Source: an uncultured Fibrobacterota bacterium
GTDB lineage: Bacteria; Fibrobacterota; Chitinivibrionia; Chitinivibrionales; FEN-1185
Reading direction: 5' to 3'
DNA length: 64,000 nt
Assembly: GCA_963753345.1 (NCBI GenBank)
Contig: CAVWBU010000026.1
Location: 128,001 to 192,000 of the forward strand
Every line of letters starts with the position of its first letter. The first letter of the stretch is position 1. Both the position numbers and the translations under genes were made by a program. The notes beneath the pieces were generated by a model. It made no database searches. It saw nothing but the letters and a program-made list of their open reading frames with translations, and was not told where the DNA came from. Shown here in pieces: positions 18,464 to 28,532 of this stretch.

Positions 18464-21286
18464 CTATCTCGCAACAACCAGCCTCTTCACTGGTTGGTAC
18501 GCCCCGTCTATCCCAAATCGCACAAAGTAAACCCCTGCCGAGATTCCTGACGACGCTCTCGAATTGGAAAGCATCACCGGATGCCATCCTTCGGTCTGCA
18601 ACGACGCGGGTACCCACCTCACCACTTTGCCGTTTGCCGCCACAATCTGCAGCGACACCAGCGCCGGCCGCGAGATAAAGTACCGCAGAACACCACCGAC
18701 GAGCGCGGTCTTGAACGACGAAACCGCCAAAGGCGCGGTCGGACGCAGCAGCGTGCCGGTTGAATACACGGGGTCGCTGACCGGATATACGGTGAATGTG
18801 GTCGATGCAGCAGGGTGCGGGAGTCCTGCGCAGTTCCCCGACACCGTAACCACGCCGGGCGTGAACACGGAACGCACCGCGATCTTGCACATGCCGCCTT
18901 CAAACGTGAGCTCGGGGTCCATGGGCGCGTGATAGGTCTTGGGCATGTTCGGATTGACGCGCTGGTCCGAGCCGCCGCGGTAGTTTCCCGGGCCCGAAAC
19001 GCTGAACGTGATGTTGTGGCTGTCAAGCGGGCACCAGTTACCGGCGCTGTCGACCACCGTGGCCAGAATGAACGCCGCGTCGGTGCCGTTGGCTCGTATC
19101 TCGTAGGTGCCGTTGTCCGGCCGCACCAGCGGCGGTTCCACGGTGAGGACCACGTGGTCCGGAGCGCCCGCGGTTATCTTTTGATCGGAGCACACCACTT
19201 TTCCGGTATTGTCAAGACCCTCGGCCCGCAGCGTGCCGGCCTGCCATGCAAGGTCCCAATGGCATTGGAAAGGCATCTGCGTGGCGTTCTGGGTGTGGTC
19301 GTTGTCCGGGCTCACTCCCGCGGCCGGGTTGGGCTTCTGCACGCCCTGGCTCACGCCGTTGATAAGGAGCCTCACGCTGTCGCAGTTGGAGAAGACATTC
19401 ACCCTCACGTTCCCGGACCGGTTCCAGTGGTGCGCAATGGCGATTTCCGGGTGCAGCGAATAGGGGGTCCAGCAGACACGCCACGCGTGATACAGAAATT
19501 TCGGGATGCGGTTGAAATCCAGCATGGAGCAGCCGAACGACCGTTCCTTGGTGTTCGGCATGTCCAGAAAATACCCGTCTTCGCCGGGCGTCTCGGACAT
19601 GTACCATTGCGCAATCCCGAAGCAGTTGTTCGCCTGGCTCTGCACCCATTCCTGCAGGTAATCGGCGATAAAGGCCATCTCGTAATCGTAGCCCCATCTT
19701 GACAAACGGCCATAGTTGCTCCAGTCTTCGGAGCCCCAGGCCGGGTTGTTGGGGAAGTTGTGCTTCACGCCGATTTCGCAGCCCGTGGCCGTGCAGCCGA
19801 GAATGTAACCGTTGGCCGGGCTCGGCGTGCGGTCTGCCTGGACCCGCGTGTGTATGGAGTCCCATTGGTTCGCGAAACCCTGGCATTGCTGGGCAAGTCC
19901 GGTGTTGATGGGCCCATTGCTCACTTCCCAGGCACACACCGACGGGTGGTTCCGGTCGCGGATGATCATTTCGCGGTGAATCTCGGCTTTGAGCGCCGCG
20001 TTGCAGCCGCCGCACGCGCCCTCGTGCTCGCCGCTCGGCTGCACGAGCGCGATGCCGTAGGCGTCGCATGCCGCTACGAACTCCGGGCTGCACGGAGAAT
20101 GGCCCGGCCTCCATAAATTGCCGCCGCATCCGGCAAGGATCTTCGCATCGCGCCACTGCTGCTCTTCGGGGACCGCGGTTCCCAGCGCCGGGTAATCGTA
20201 GCGGGCCGAGGCGCCCCAGAGGAAATGCTTGTGTGCGTTGTAGTAGGGGAAGCTTGGGTCCCACGTGAGCACGCGGATTCCCAGCGGGCTTGTAAACACG
20301 TCGACGGTTGTTCCGCCCACCTTTACAATATGGTAAACCTTGTACATGTAGGGACCGCCGTACACGCTGTTGTTCGGGTACCACAGGTGCGGGCTGGCGA
20401 TGTCGCCGGTCTGGGCGAACGCCGACGCCGTGCCCGCCGCTATGGTCTGCGTTCCGGCAAGCGTGAGCACCACGTTGTTGTTCGCGTCCACCACTTTGGT
20501 GGTGAGCGACACGTCCGCGGCCGCGGCACCGTCGTTGCGCACGTTGGTCTGAATGAACACTGTGGCCGACGCATCGGTGGCGGTCACCGCGGCGCAGTAG
20601 GTTCCCCATTGACTGAGCGTCGAATACAGGTTGAGCGGCACGTGGACCTTGTCGGTGATGTGCATCCACACGGGCCGAAAGAGCCCGCCGTCCGCCTGGC
20701 CGAACCTGAAGATTTCGGAAAAACCGGGATCGGTGTAAAACGTGGCGTTCTTGCTCACCCGCACGGCGAGAACGTTGTCCGCGCCGCCGAACTGAACATG
20801 CGGAGTGACGTCGACCACGAACCCCATGAACCCGGTCACGTGCGTGGCGTTCGGGCTGGTGGAGCTGTTGCCCGGAAGAAACGTGCCGTTGATGTACACC
20901 TGGCATCCCACGTGCGCGCCCTCGATCTCGACGAAGATCTTCCGGTCGGCGTACTGGTTATCCAATGTAAAGTGCTTCCGGTACCAGTTGGTGCCGCCGT
21001 ACGCGTCGCCGTCATTGCCGCCGCTTGCCTCGTTGAGGTAGGTGTCGGTGTCGTTCCAGGTGTAGGGAATGCCCACGGTTTTCCACGAGGAATCGTTGTA
21101 GCTCGTGGCGTGGGGGCCGGTGGCGCCGTTCATGACGGGATCGGACTTAAGAAACCGCCACGGCGTCTCTCCCAGGTTTATCGTGACCCTGTTGCTGGGC
21201 TCGCCCGTGTAAACCTCCGGGTAGCAAACCGTTGCCAGCGCGGCAACGAGAACAATGAGACATGCTGCCGTCCTTTTAAGCACCAT
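18464..21286 (-). CDS. Glycoside hydrolase family 2 (beta-galactosidase-like) with C-terminal T9SS/FlgD-like domain
   Basis: NWYRKHF, EMIIRDRNHPSV..WE..N, HHWN, VNVFSNCDSVRL motifs; signal peptide; GGAG RBS. Confidence 0.9.
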   Translation of the reverse strand: MVLKRTAACLIVLVAALATVCYPEVYTGEPSNRVTINLGETPWRFLKSDPVMNGATGPHATSYNDSSWKTVGIPYTWNDTDTYLNEASGGNDGDAYGGTNWYRKHFTLDNQYADRKIFVEIEGAHVGCQVYINGTFLPGNSSTSPNATHVTGFMGFVVDVTPHVQFGGADNVLAVRVSKNATFYTDPGFSEIFRFGQADGGLFRPVWMHITDKVHVPLNLYSTLSQWGTYCAAVTATDASATVFIQTNVRNDGAAAADVSLTTKVVDANNNVVLTLAGTQTIAAGTASAFAQTGDIASPHLWYPNNSVYGGPYMYKVYHIVKVGGTTVDVFTSPLGIRVLTWDPSFPYYNAHKHFLWGASARYDYPALGTAVPEEQQWRDAKILAGCGGNLWRPGHSPCSPEFVAACDAYGIALVQPSGEHEGACGGCNAALKAEIHREMIIRDRNHPSVCAWEVSNGPINTGLAQQCQGFANQWDSIHTRVQADRTPSPANGYILGCTATGCEIGVKHNFPNNPAWGSEDWSNYGRLSRWGYDYEMAFIADYLQEWVQSQANNCFGIAQWYMSETPGEDGYFLDMPNTKERSFGCSMLDFNRIPKFLYHAWRVCWTPYSLHPEIAIAHHWNRSGNVRVNVFSNCDSVRLLINGVSQGVQKPNPAAGVSPDNDHTQNATQMPFQCHWDLAWQAGTLRAEGLDNTGKVVCSDQKITAGAPDHVVLTVEPPLVRPDNGTYEIRANGTDAAFILATVVDSAGNWCPLDSHNITFSVSGPGNYRGGSDQRVNPNMPKTYHAPMDPELTFEGGMCKIAVRSVFTPGVVTVSGNCAGLPHPAASTTFTVYPVSDPVYSTGTLLRPTAPLAVSSFKTALVGGVLRYFISRPALVSLQIVAANGKVVRWVPASLQTEGWHPVMLSNSRASSGISAGVYFVRFGIDGAYQPVKRLVVAR

Positions 21287-21436
21287 AGCTCCCCCTTTTC
21301 TCAACCATGATTTGCGGCAATTTGAAGAGAACAACCATAATATATATAAGGAAAGGTGGAATTGCAGGCCAAAGGTAAATCGGGGTCACGGGAGTGAACA
21401 GATGGCAGTATTAATTTGGAAAAAATTGAAAAAAAG

Positions 21437-21700
21437 TTGGGCGTTCCCCCATGTGCGACGCACATGGGGTCGGTCTCCCTCCGGGCTCGGCCGTTCGGCC
21501 TCGTTGCCGGACCGCCCCGATGGCCTTCGGCCGGGGCACCCCTTCGGGTGCTTCCAAGGGTCGTCGGCCGGCACAAGGCAAGCGACATAATTATAAGGCG
21601 CGAAGCGCTATTACCATGCCTTGGGGAACGAAGTGACAATTCGCCCTGGCTCACCCTCCGGTCCACCTAACGCGCGGCAACGGAAATATCATCTGTCAAG
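21437..21700 (+). repeat. Family A copy with internal expansion
   Basis: Same TTGGGCGTTCCCC start and CCTAACGCGCGGCA...TGTCAA end, with extra internal hairpins. Confidence 0.8.
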
Positions 21701-21912
21701 TTGCATAATTCCGTTTCTTGCTGAATTGCATAAAAGTGGAGCACGTGTGGAAGATTTCCGACAAAAAGAAAAGGCGTCTCGTTGTTCGAGGAGAATACGG
21801 GGAAAGGGAAGAATGTGCGGCACTACGGTCTGTAAAGGGACCCTGCTCTTTCCGCTTTGGTGCAATGTTAGAAAATGATTATTTTCCTTACGCGACATAC
21901 TTTTCATGAGGC

Positions 21913-23800
21913 AATGGTAAGACAGATGATCCGGATTGTTTTTTCACGCACGATAATCGCCGATTGTATTCTTTTCCCCGCCTTTTTCTTATGCGTGCGG
22001 TTCTGGGTCAATCCATCGTTGCTCTATTACTATCCTGGCTTTTTCCTGAACGTCACCGTTGAGACGTACGCTCCGTGGTTCATCACGGGCGCGCCCGCGT
22101 ACCCCGGAAAATTGACGGATCTGATCGTGTCCTTTCTGACGCCTTTTCTCGCCGGTCCGTGGGCGGGCACGGTTGTCATTACCGTAATCGCTTTTGTCAT
22201 GTGCTGGCTTCTCGGCAGGTTTCTCGTCAACATCGGCGCGCACAATGTTCTGGAATTGAAATTTGTTCCCGGCGCGCTCATGCTTATTCAGCTCGGATTG
22301 GTAGTTAACCCGCTGCCGGCCGTTGTTTCGATCATACTCGGAATCGCTTTCGTCCTGCTCTACCAGGTTGCCGGAAGGCTCGCGGCATGGCGGCGTTGGG
22401 TTCTCTTCGTATTTCTCTCTGCCGCGGTTTACGGCCTTGCCATACAATCCTTTGTCGCATTCGTTGTCCTTTGCATTGTTCTTGAAATTGCGGAAAGGCG
22501 AGACTGGCGGTCCGCGTGCGTCCAGGCAGCCATGGCCGTCCTTGTTCCGCTCGTTGTCGGCGGAATATTCTTTCCGCTCTATTCCCCTTTAGACGCTTAT
22601 AACCATCTTGTTCCGAATCTCCCCAAAACCTGGTCTGTTACGGCATGGCTGCCTTTGGTCTTCTGGATTGTTTCTCCATTGATTGCGATCGTCGCCGCCT
22701 TCCACGGCCTTATCGGCCGCGTTGCGGCTGTCCTCAAACGGAAGATTCCCCGGAGCGCTTCAATTGTCCGGCACAGCGCATTGCGGGGGATACTCGCGAG
22801 CGCACTGATTGCGCTTTTCACAAGCGGCGCGGTATGGATGTGCCGCGGCGCCGCTATGCGGTCCCATCCCGGCGTGGTGATACATTATGCCATGCTCACC
22901 CGTAACTGGGACGTCCTGCTTGGCGAAGCGGAAAAAACGCCTCAACGCTTCTTGACGCCGTACCACATCAACGCCGTGGATCGCGCCCTCTATTACAAAG
23001 GCAGACTGCTCGAAGACCTGTTCAAGGTGCCTCAATACCCGAAATCCCTGCTGTTGTTCCCTTTTGCAAGATCAACGGGTCCGACGGAGGGCTTTCAGAA
23101 TTTTATCTGGGGCGGCTGGACATGGTTCGACCTCGGCCTGATCAATGTCGCGGAGCACTGCGCGCTTGAAGCCATCACGGAATGCTATTATCCCCAGGGA
23201 CTCCAGCTTTTGTCAAAGATATATTTTGTCAAGAATATGCCCCAGGCCGGCCGAATGTGCCTCACGGCGCTCGGAAAGGACGGCGGTTACCGGCAGTGGG
23301 CGAAAGCATACGCCGATTCTGTTTGCGCCGGTTCAACCGTGTCGCTCACCCCCGAACTGCGGAATATCCGTGCCATGGCAATCACCACGGAATTCGTTGT
23401 GGCCGATGCGTCCTTGCTTGCGGCCCTCGTGCGGGAAAACCCCGGCAACAGGATGGCTTTTGAATATCTGATTGCGTGGAACCTCATAACGCGGAACGTG
23501 GACAGCCTGGCGAGATATGCCGAACTGTTCCGTGCTTTGAAGTATCCCAAGATTCCTCTTCTTGTGGAGGAGGCGCTGCTTCTCAGAGGAGCCTTCGGGG
23601 GAAACCGGCCGGCGCTTTTCGGCTATACGCCGAGCGAAGAGGCTGAGGCTGCTTTTTCCAGGTTCTTCACCATTTTATTTACAAATCATAACGGAAAGCC
23701 GGATGAAGCGTTCGATGACCTTGCCGAATCGTGCGGGTATTCCTACTTCTTTTATTATACCTACGGCTTTTCAAAAGCGATGACAAATGAAAAAAAATAA
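21913..23800 (+). CDS. DUF6057-like membrane protein with helical C-terminal domain
   Basis: Multiple N-terminal TMs (PG.L.D....FL.PF), then ENPGNRMAFEYL and terminal YFFYY typical of DUF6057; start uncertain. Confidence 0.7.
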
Positions 23801-25340
23801 AGCCGCAACGGCGTTCCGGACGGTGGTGCGATACGGATTGCTGTCCCTCGGTGCCCTGGCGCCGCTCTGCACACAGTGCGCCCGCGTCGGGCCGGCGGCC
23901 GATATCCGTGTTGTAAACAGGCTCCCGGATATTTTCCCCTGTTCCCATGGAACGGTCATTCCGCCCAATATCGCCCCGCTTAATTTTGTCATTCAGGAGC
24001 AGGGCGAGCGTTTTCTTGTCGCCTTTTCCGGCCAGGGCGGGAAATGCCTGGCGATTTCGAGCCGGACCCCTTCGATTGCCGTTCCATCCGGGAAATGGAA
24101 GGAAATGCTTTTTCGGGAACGAGGCCGGCGCATCGGCGTTGATGTCTTCTGCCGTGTCAACAAGGTCTGGCAAAAGTACCGGACCGTGTGGGACACCGTC
24201 GCCCTCGACAGCATCGACCGCTTCGTCGCGTATCGGAAGATCCCCGTGTGCGAGTACTGGAAAGCCATGGGGATGTACCAGCGCGACGTGCAGGATTTTT
24301 CCGAGAAGATCGTTTTCCAGAACAAGAGCAACGATGCCTGCTTCAACTGCCACAGCTTTTTGAACAATTCGCCGGCCGGCATGGTCGTGGAGGTTCGCTC
24401 CCCGCTCTTCGGGACGCCGATGATGCTCGGAAGGTTGATAAACAACAAATACGAACTTCGCGCGGTGAACACCAAAACGCCGTATTCATCGGGGAAAGTC
24501 GGATTCACCTGCTGGCACCCTGCCGGGACCATGATCGCTTTCAGCATGAACCGGTTCGAGATGCTGTATTACTCGGCAGGCGCCGAACCCCGGGCCGTCT
24601 TCGACAGGTCGGGGGACGTGGCATTGTACGATATCGCGAAGAATGAAATAAGCAGCAGTCCGGACCTGTCGAGGACGGATCGCATCGAAACCATGCCCGA
24701 ATGGTCCCGCGACGGCCGCTTTCTCTATTTCTGCAGCGCTCCCCAGCTTCCCGAGAATCACTACCGCGACGTGCGGTGCGACCTGATGCGCATCGCGTTT
24801 GATGTGCGGACCAAATCGTGGGGAAGGCTCGATACCGTGGTGACGGCGCAGCAGGCGGGCGGAAGCGTGCTGCAGCCGAGGATGTCCCCGGATGGGCGTT
24901 TTATTCTGGTGAATATCGCGGACTACGGGGATTTTCCCGTTGACAAAGTCGGAACCCGTCTGGGGCTCATCGATGTCAAAACGTCTGCCCTGCGCATATG
25001 CGCGTCTGGCGTGCGCTGGACGGATTCGTGGCACGGCTGGTCGAGCAGCGGCAGATGGATCGTGTTCAACAGCAAAAGACTCAACGGCAGGTTTTCGGCC
25101 GTCTGTTTCAGTTATGTGGACAGCGCCGGCGCGGTGCACAGCCCTTTCGTGCTTCCGCAGAAGGAACCTTCGTTCTACGGGTCTTCGGTTTTTGCCTACA
25201 ATGTGCCGGAATGCCTGACGGCCGCGATCCCGGTTACCATAGGTCAATCAAGGACGGCGCTGGAGGAGTACAGGAAAAATTCCGCGGCGGACGCGGTGAC
25301 CGCCGCCAGCGCGAAACAGGGCACGCGCGACGAATTCTGA
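23787..25340 (+). CDS. TolB-like beta-propeller (PD40) protein with a CxxCH motif
   Basis: PDIFP...IPPNIAPLNF, CFNCHSF, PEWSRDGR, SPDGRF, SWHGWSSSGRWIVF, PFVLPQK; usual partner of DUF6057. Confidence 0.8.
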   Translation: MKKNKAATAFRTVVRYGLLSLGALAPLCTQCARVGPAADIRVVNRLPDIFPCSHGTVIPPNIAPLNFVIQEQGERFLVAFSGQGGKCLAISSRTPSIAVPSGKWKEMLFRERGRRIGVDVFCRVNKVWQKYRTVWDTVALDSIDRFVAYRKIPVCEYWKAMGMYQRDVQDFSEKIVFQNKSNDACFNCHSFLNNSPAGMVVEVRSPLFGTPMMLGRLINNKYELRAVNTKTPYSSGKVGFTCWHPAGTMIAFSMNRFEMLYYSAGAEPRAVFDRSGDVALYDIAKNEISSSPDLSRTDRIETMPEWSRDGRFLYFCSAPQLPENHYRDVRCDLMRIAFDVRTKSWGRLDTVVTAQQAGGSVLQPRMSPDGRFILVNIADYGDFPVDKVGTRLGLIDVKTSALRICASGVRWTDSWHGWSSSGRWIVFNSKRLNGRFSAVCFSYVDSAGAVHSPFVLPQKEPSFYGSSVFAYNVPECLTAAIPVTIGQSRTALEEYRKNSAADAVTAASAKQGTRDEF

Positions 25341-25405
25341 GGCCAGAGTAAATTCCGCGGATATCAATGTTGCTCAATCGGAGGTCGCGAACGATAGTTC
25401 GGGTT

Positions 25406-25852
25406 TTAAGGAGTCGTGTCCAATGGCTGCTCAATTGCAGGAGTGCACCCCACGGCATCCGAGATTTCTGAATGAAGTTGTTTGCACACAACCGAATGTA
25501 TTATCAAATAGAATAGATTAACCGTGTCAACTCGGCCTGATAAGGCTGTAATGGTATCGCCGGCTATGATGGTGTCAACAGTCGCACCTGTATCTTTGTG
25601 AAAAAATGCTCTCATGGTATAACGGCCGGGGGGAACATCGATTGCATAGCCGGCTTGTGAATCTGTTTTCACCATGCTCGTCGGCGGATTTGTAAAAACA
25701 CTTGCTCCTATTATCGGTTGAATTAATGAATCATTCAAGTCCGCAAAAAAAACCTTCCCTTGAATAGTGGCTTTCGGCGTTGGCGCTGTCGAAGTGGTGC
25801 CGCAACCGAACAAGAACAACAGACCGATCACGAGCCAGTTAGAAGTTCTCAT
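25406..25852 (-). CDS. Lipoprotein with carboxypeptidase regulatory-like (Ig-like) domain, paralog 2
   Basis: Lipobox LFGC; TDSQAGY.IDVPPGRY; AAGGAGG RBS. Confidence 0.75.
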   Translation of the reverse strand: MRTSNWLVIGLLFLFGCGTTSTAPTPKATIQGKVFFADLNDSLIQPIIGASVFTNPPTSMVKTDSQAGYAIDVPPGRYTMRAFFHKDTGATVDTIIAGDTITALSGRVDTVNLFYLIIHSVVCKQLHSEISDAVGCTPAIEQPLDTTP

Positions 25853-25883
25853 TCTGCCTCCTTATTGGATCCAGCAACCAATG

Positions 25884-26213
25884 TTATGGTATTGCAAAGA
25901 CTAGATTAACAGTATCAACCCTGCCTGCTATTGCTGTAACGGTATCACTAGTTCTACTCAGACCATCATTATCAAACGCTCTAAGTGTATATCGACCAGG
26001 AGGAACATCGATTACATATCTACCTAGTGAATCTGTTTTTACCGTGTCAGTTGACGGATTTGTAAAAACCCATGCATTTATGCTCAAATGAGCGATAATC
26101 CCGGTGTAGGACACTTGCCCTTGAATAACGGCTTTGGTTGTTGGGGCTGTCGAATTGGTGCCGCAGCCGAACAAGAACAATAAACCGATTAGAAGCCAGT
26201 TATAAGTTCTCAT
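25884..26213 (-). CDS. Lipoprotein with carboxypeptidase regulatory-like (Ig-like) domain, paralog 1
   Basis: Lipobox LFGC; TDSLGRY.IDVPPGRY; AAGGAGG RBS. Confidence 0.75.
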   Translation of the reverse strand: MRTYNWLLIGLLFLFGCGTNSTAPTTKAVIQGQVSYTGIIAHLSINAWVFTNPSTDTVKTDSLGRYVIDVPPGRYTLRAFDNDGLSRTSDTVTAIAGRVDTVNLVFAIP

Positions 26214-26553
26214 TCTGCCTCCTTTTGATATTTCCTTTTACGACGATGAAGCGCTTACGCGCTTCAAACGCCCATGGCACTTCTATAGTCGGCGGAAGGA
26301 CACGGAAGGTTCAATGTCTCATCTCTATTTGGTTCCCGTGTTTTTGTTGTTGACGAAGTGAAAGAAATATGCCTATTTTAGATTGTATTGAACCACCTCA
26401 TGAACACCCTATCGTTAAAACCCACCCATAAAGTAATAACAGCTTACTACACGCATCTTCGAGAATTGGCCGACCTCAAGGCAATCACCGAAGGATCGCT
26501 TGCGCCGGTGTTCGCAGAACTGCTCCGACCTTTGGGAAAGGAATACCAATAGA

Positions 26554-28044
26554 ATGCGAGTCATTCTCGACACCAACATTTTTATTTCCCGCGAAGACAA
26601 CAAGGTGGTTCCACTGTTGGTGCGGAAGCTTCTTTCAATGCTTAATCAGTACAGGATACAAATCCTGGTTCATCCAAGTGGCATGCAAGATATTGAAAGT
26701 GACAAAGACACCGAACGAAGGAGAATAATACAATCAAAGATCGCTGCCTATGCCTTTTTAGAAACACCGCCTGATCCCACTCTTGACATTGAATTCCAGA
26801 GTAAGTGCGGGTCGCCAAGAACGGCAAATGATGAAATTGATAACGATCTGATTTATGCGGTCTATAAAGACGCTGTTGATTTTCTTGTTACAGAAGACAA
26901 GGGAATTCAGAAGAAGAGTCGTAGCACAGGAATTTCAGACCGCATTCTTAGTGTTGAGGAGGCGGTCGATCTCCTTCAAAGACAGTTCAAGGAGAAGGAA
27001 ATTGCCATACCCGGTCCCCTGTTTCAAACGCCCGCATTCGAACTGGATATCAATGATCCTATTTTTGATTCTCTGAAAGCCGACTACCTGGAGTTCGAAC
27101 AATGGTGGGCCAAGGTATGCAGGCAAGGCCGGAAGGCAATTGTCTATAAGCGTGACGACCAGAGCTTAGGGGCCATATATCTTCATAAAATAGAAGAGGA
27201 AGCCATAGCCTCAACTCCACCGCTTGCAAAAACCAAACGCGTGAAGATCTGCACCCTGAGGGTCGTTGACACCGGGTACAAACTTGGAGAATTCTTTCTA
27301 AGAAAGTCCTTTGAATTCGCACTAGAAAACGGCATATCCGAGGTATACCTGACTCATGTCGTTATCCCCAACGATCCGCTTGTCGGCTTGATTGAAGAGT
27401 TCGGGTTTGAGAATATCGCGTCAAAGGGAAAAGAACGCATATTCTTGAAAAGGCTTATCCCTATCCAGAAAGACTTGCCAAAGGCTGTTTTTTCAAAGGT
27501 ATACTTTCCATGCTTGCGAGATGGTGGCGGGGTAAGGAAATACTTGATCCCTATCGTTCCATCTTATCATCGTCGGCTGTTTCCTGAATTTCCTGAGGTA
27601 ACGCCTTCTCTGTTTGATGGTAGCGAATTAATTTCTGAGGGGAACACCATAAAGAAAGCCTATTTGTGCAACTCAAGAATCAAGAAAATCAAGGCTGGCG
27701 ATGTGGTGCTTTTTTACTTGTCAAGGGAAGATCAAAAGATAACTGCGATGGGGACCGTAGAGACCGTTTTTCGAAATTCAAGAGATCCCGATGAAATTAT
27801 TCGGCAGGTTGGTAAGCGAACGGTATATTCACTTGAAGAAGTAAAAAAAATATCAAGTAAAGATGTTTCAATAGTCATACTGTTTCTCTTTCATTTTTTC
27901 CTTCCAAAACCAGTAGCGTTAACTACATTAAAAAGTAATGGTATTCTTCTCAGGGCCCCCCAATCAATCGTCGAACTTTCACAGGAACAATATTTGTGGA
28001 TAAAGAAGGCAGGAGGGTTGGATGAACGTCTTACTTTCAATTAA
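26554..28044 (+). CDS. PIN domain + GNAT-like + EVE/PUA(ASCH)-like domain protein
   Basis: PIN: ILDTNI, DNDLI, LVTEDKGI. GNAT: DPIFDSLKADY..F..WW, KICTLRV..GYKLGE. PUA-like: GNTIKKAYLC, IKAGDVVLFY. Confidence 0.82.
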   Translation: MRVILDTNIFISREDNKVVPLLVRKLLSMLNQYRIQILVHPSGMQDIESDKDTERRRIIQSKIAAYAFLETPPDPTLDIEFQSKCGSPRTANDEIDNDLIYAVYKDAVDFLVTEDKGIQKKSRSTGISDRILSVEEAVDLLQRQFKEKEIAIPGPLFQTPAFELDINDPIFDSLKADYLEFEQWWAKVCRQGRKAIVYKRDDQSLGAIYLHKIEEEAIASTPPLAKTKRVKICTLRVVDTGYKLGEFFLRKSFEFALENGISEVYLTHVVIPNDPLVGLIEEFGFENIASKGKERIFLKRLIPIQKDLPKAVFSKVYFPCLRDGGGVRKYLIPIVPSYHRRLFPEFPEVTPSLFDGSELISEGNTIKKAYLCNSRIKKIKAGDVVLFYLSREDQKITAMGTVETVFRNSRDPDEIIRQVGKRTVYSLEEVKKISSKDVSIVILFLFHFFLPKPVALTTLKSNGILLRAPQSIVELSQEQYLWIKKAGGLDERLTFN

Positions 28045-28468
28045 ACCAAGATATGTCGAAAAGATAATCAGTGGCGAAAAGAAATATGAATTCCGCAGGA
28101 CTATTTTTAAGGACGTCCAATCAAACAGTATTTTTGTTTATTCATCTTCGCCTGTTAGAAGAATAGTCGGGGAAATGGTTATCGATTCTGTGCTGTCAGC
28201 CCACCCAAGGAAATTATGGGAACAATGCAGGGAATTTGCCGGTATCGCCAAAAAAGGATTTTTTCGATATTTCGAGGGGAAGGAAGAGGCCCACGCCATA
28301 AAGATCCGAAATATGCTTTTGTTTCATTTCCCGATTGAACCGAAAAGAATAAAGAACGACTTTGTTGCCCCCCAATCCTTTTATTACATACGAGATGAGT
28401 TGATGACTTTCTTAGATAAACCAAGATCAATGGTGAAAGATAGGAAACCAACTCTCCAATGCGGATAG
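28022..28468 (+). CDS. ASCH domain protein
   Basis: LLSIKPRYVEKIISGEKKYEFRR, VYSSSPV..IVG, APQSFYY; overlaps the upstream gene. Confidence 0.9.
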   Translation: MNVLLSIKPRYVEKIISGEKKYEFRRTIFKDVQSNSIFVYSSSPVRRIVGEMVIDSVLSAHPRKLWEQCREFAGIAKKGFFRYFEGKEEAHAIKIRNMLLFHFPIEPKRIKNDFVAPQSFYYIRDELMTFLDKPRSMVKDRKPTLQCG

Positions 28469-28532
28469 AAGCTGCTTACATTTGCAACCCATTGCGGAAA
28501 CACCATTCAATAAATCCGATAGGAAGATCCTA

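Noticed and set aside
25350-28480. Prophage or integrative element for the AT-rich islands
   Set aside because: No integrase, transposase, phage gene or att-like direct repeat seen here or at 41000-43500
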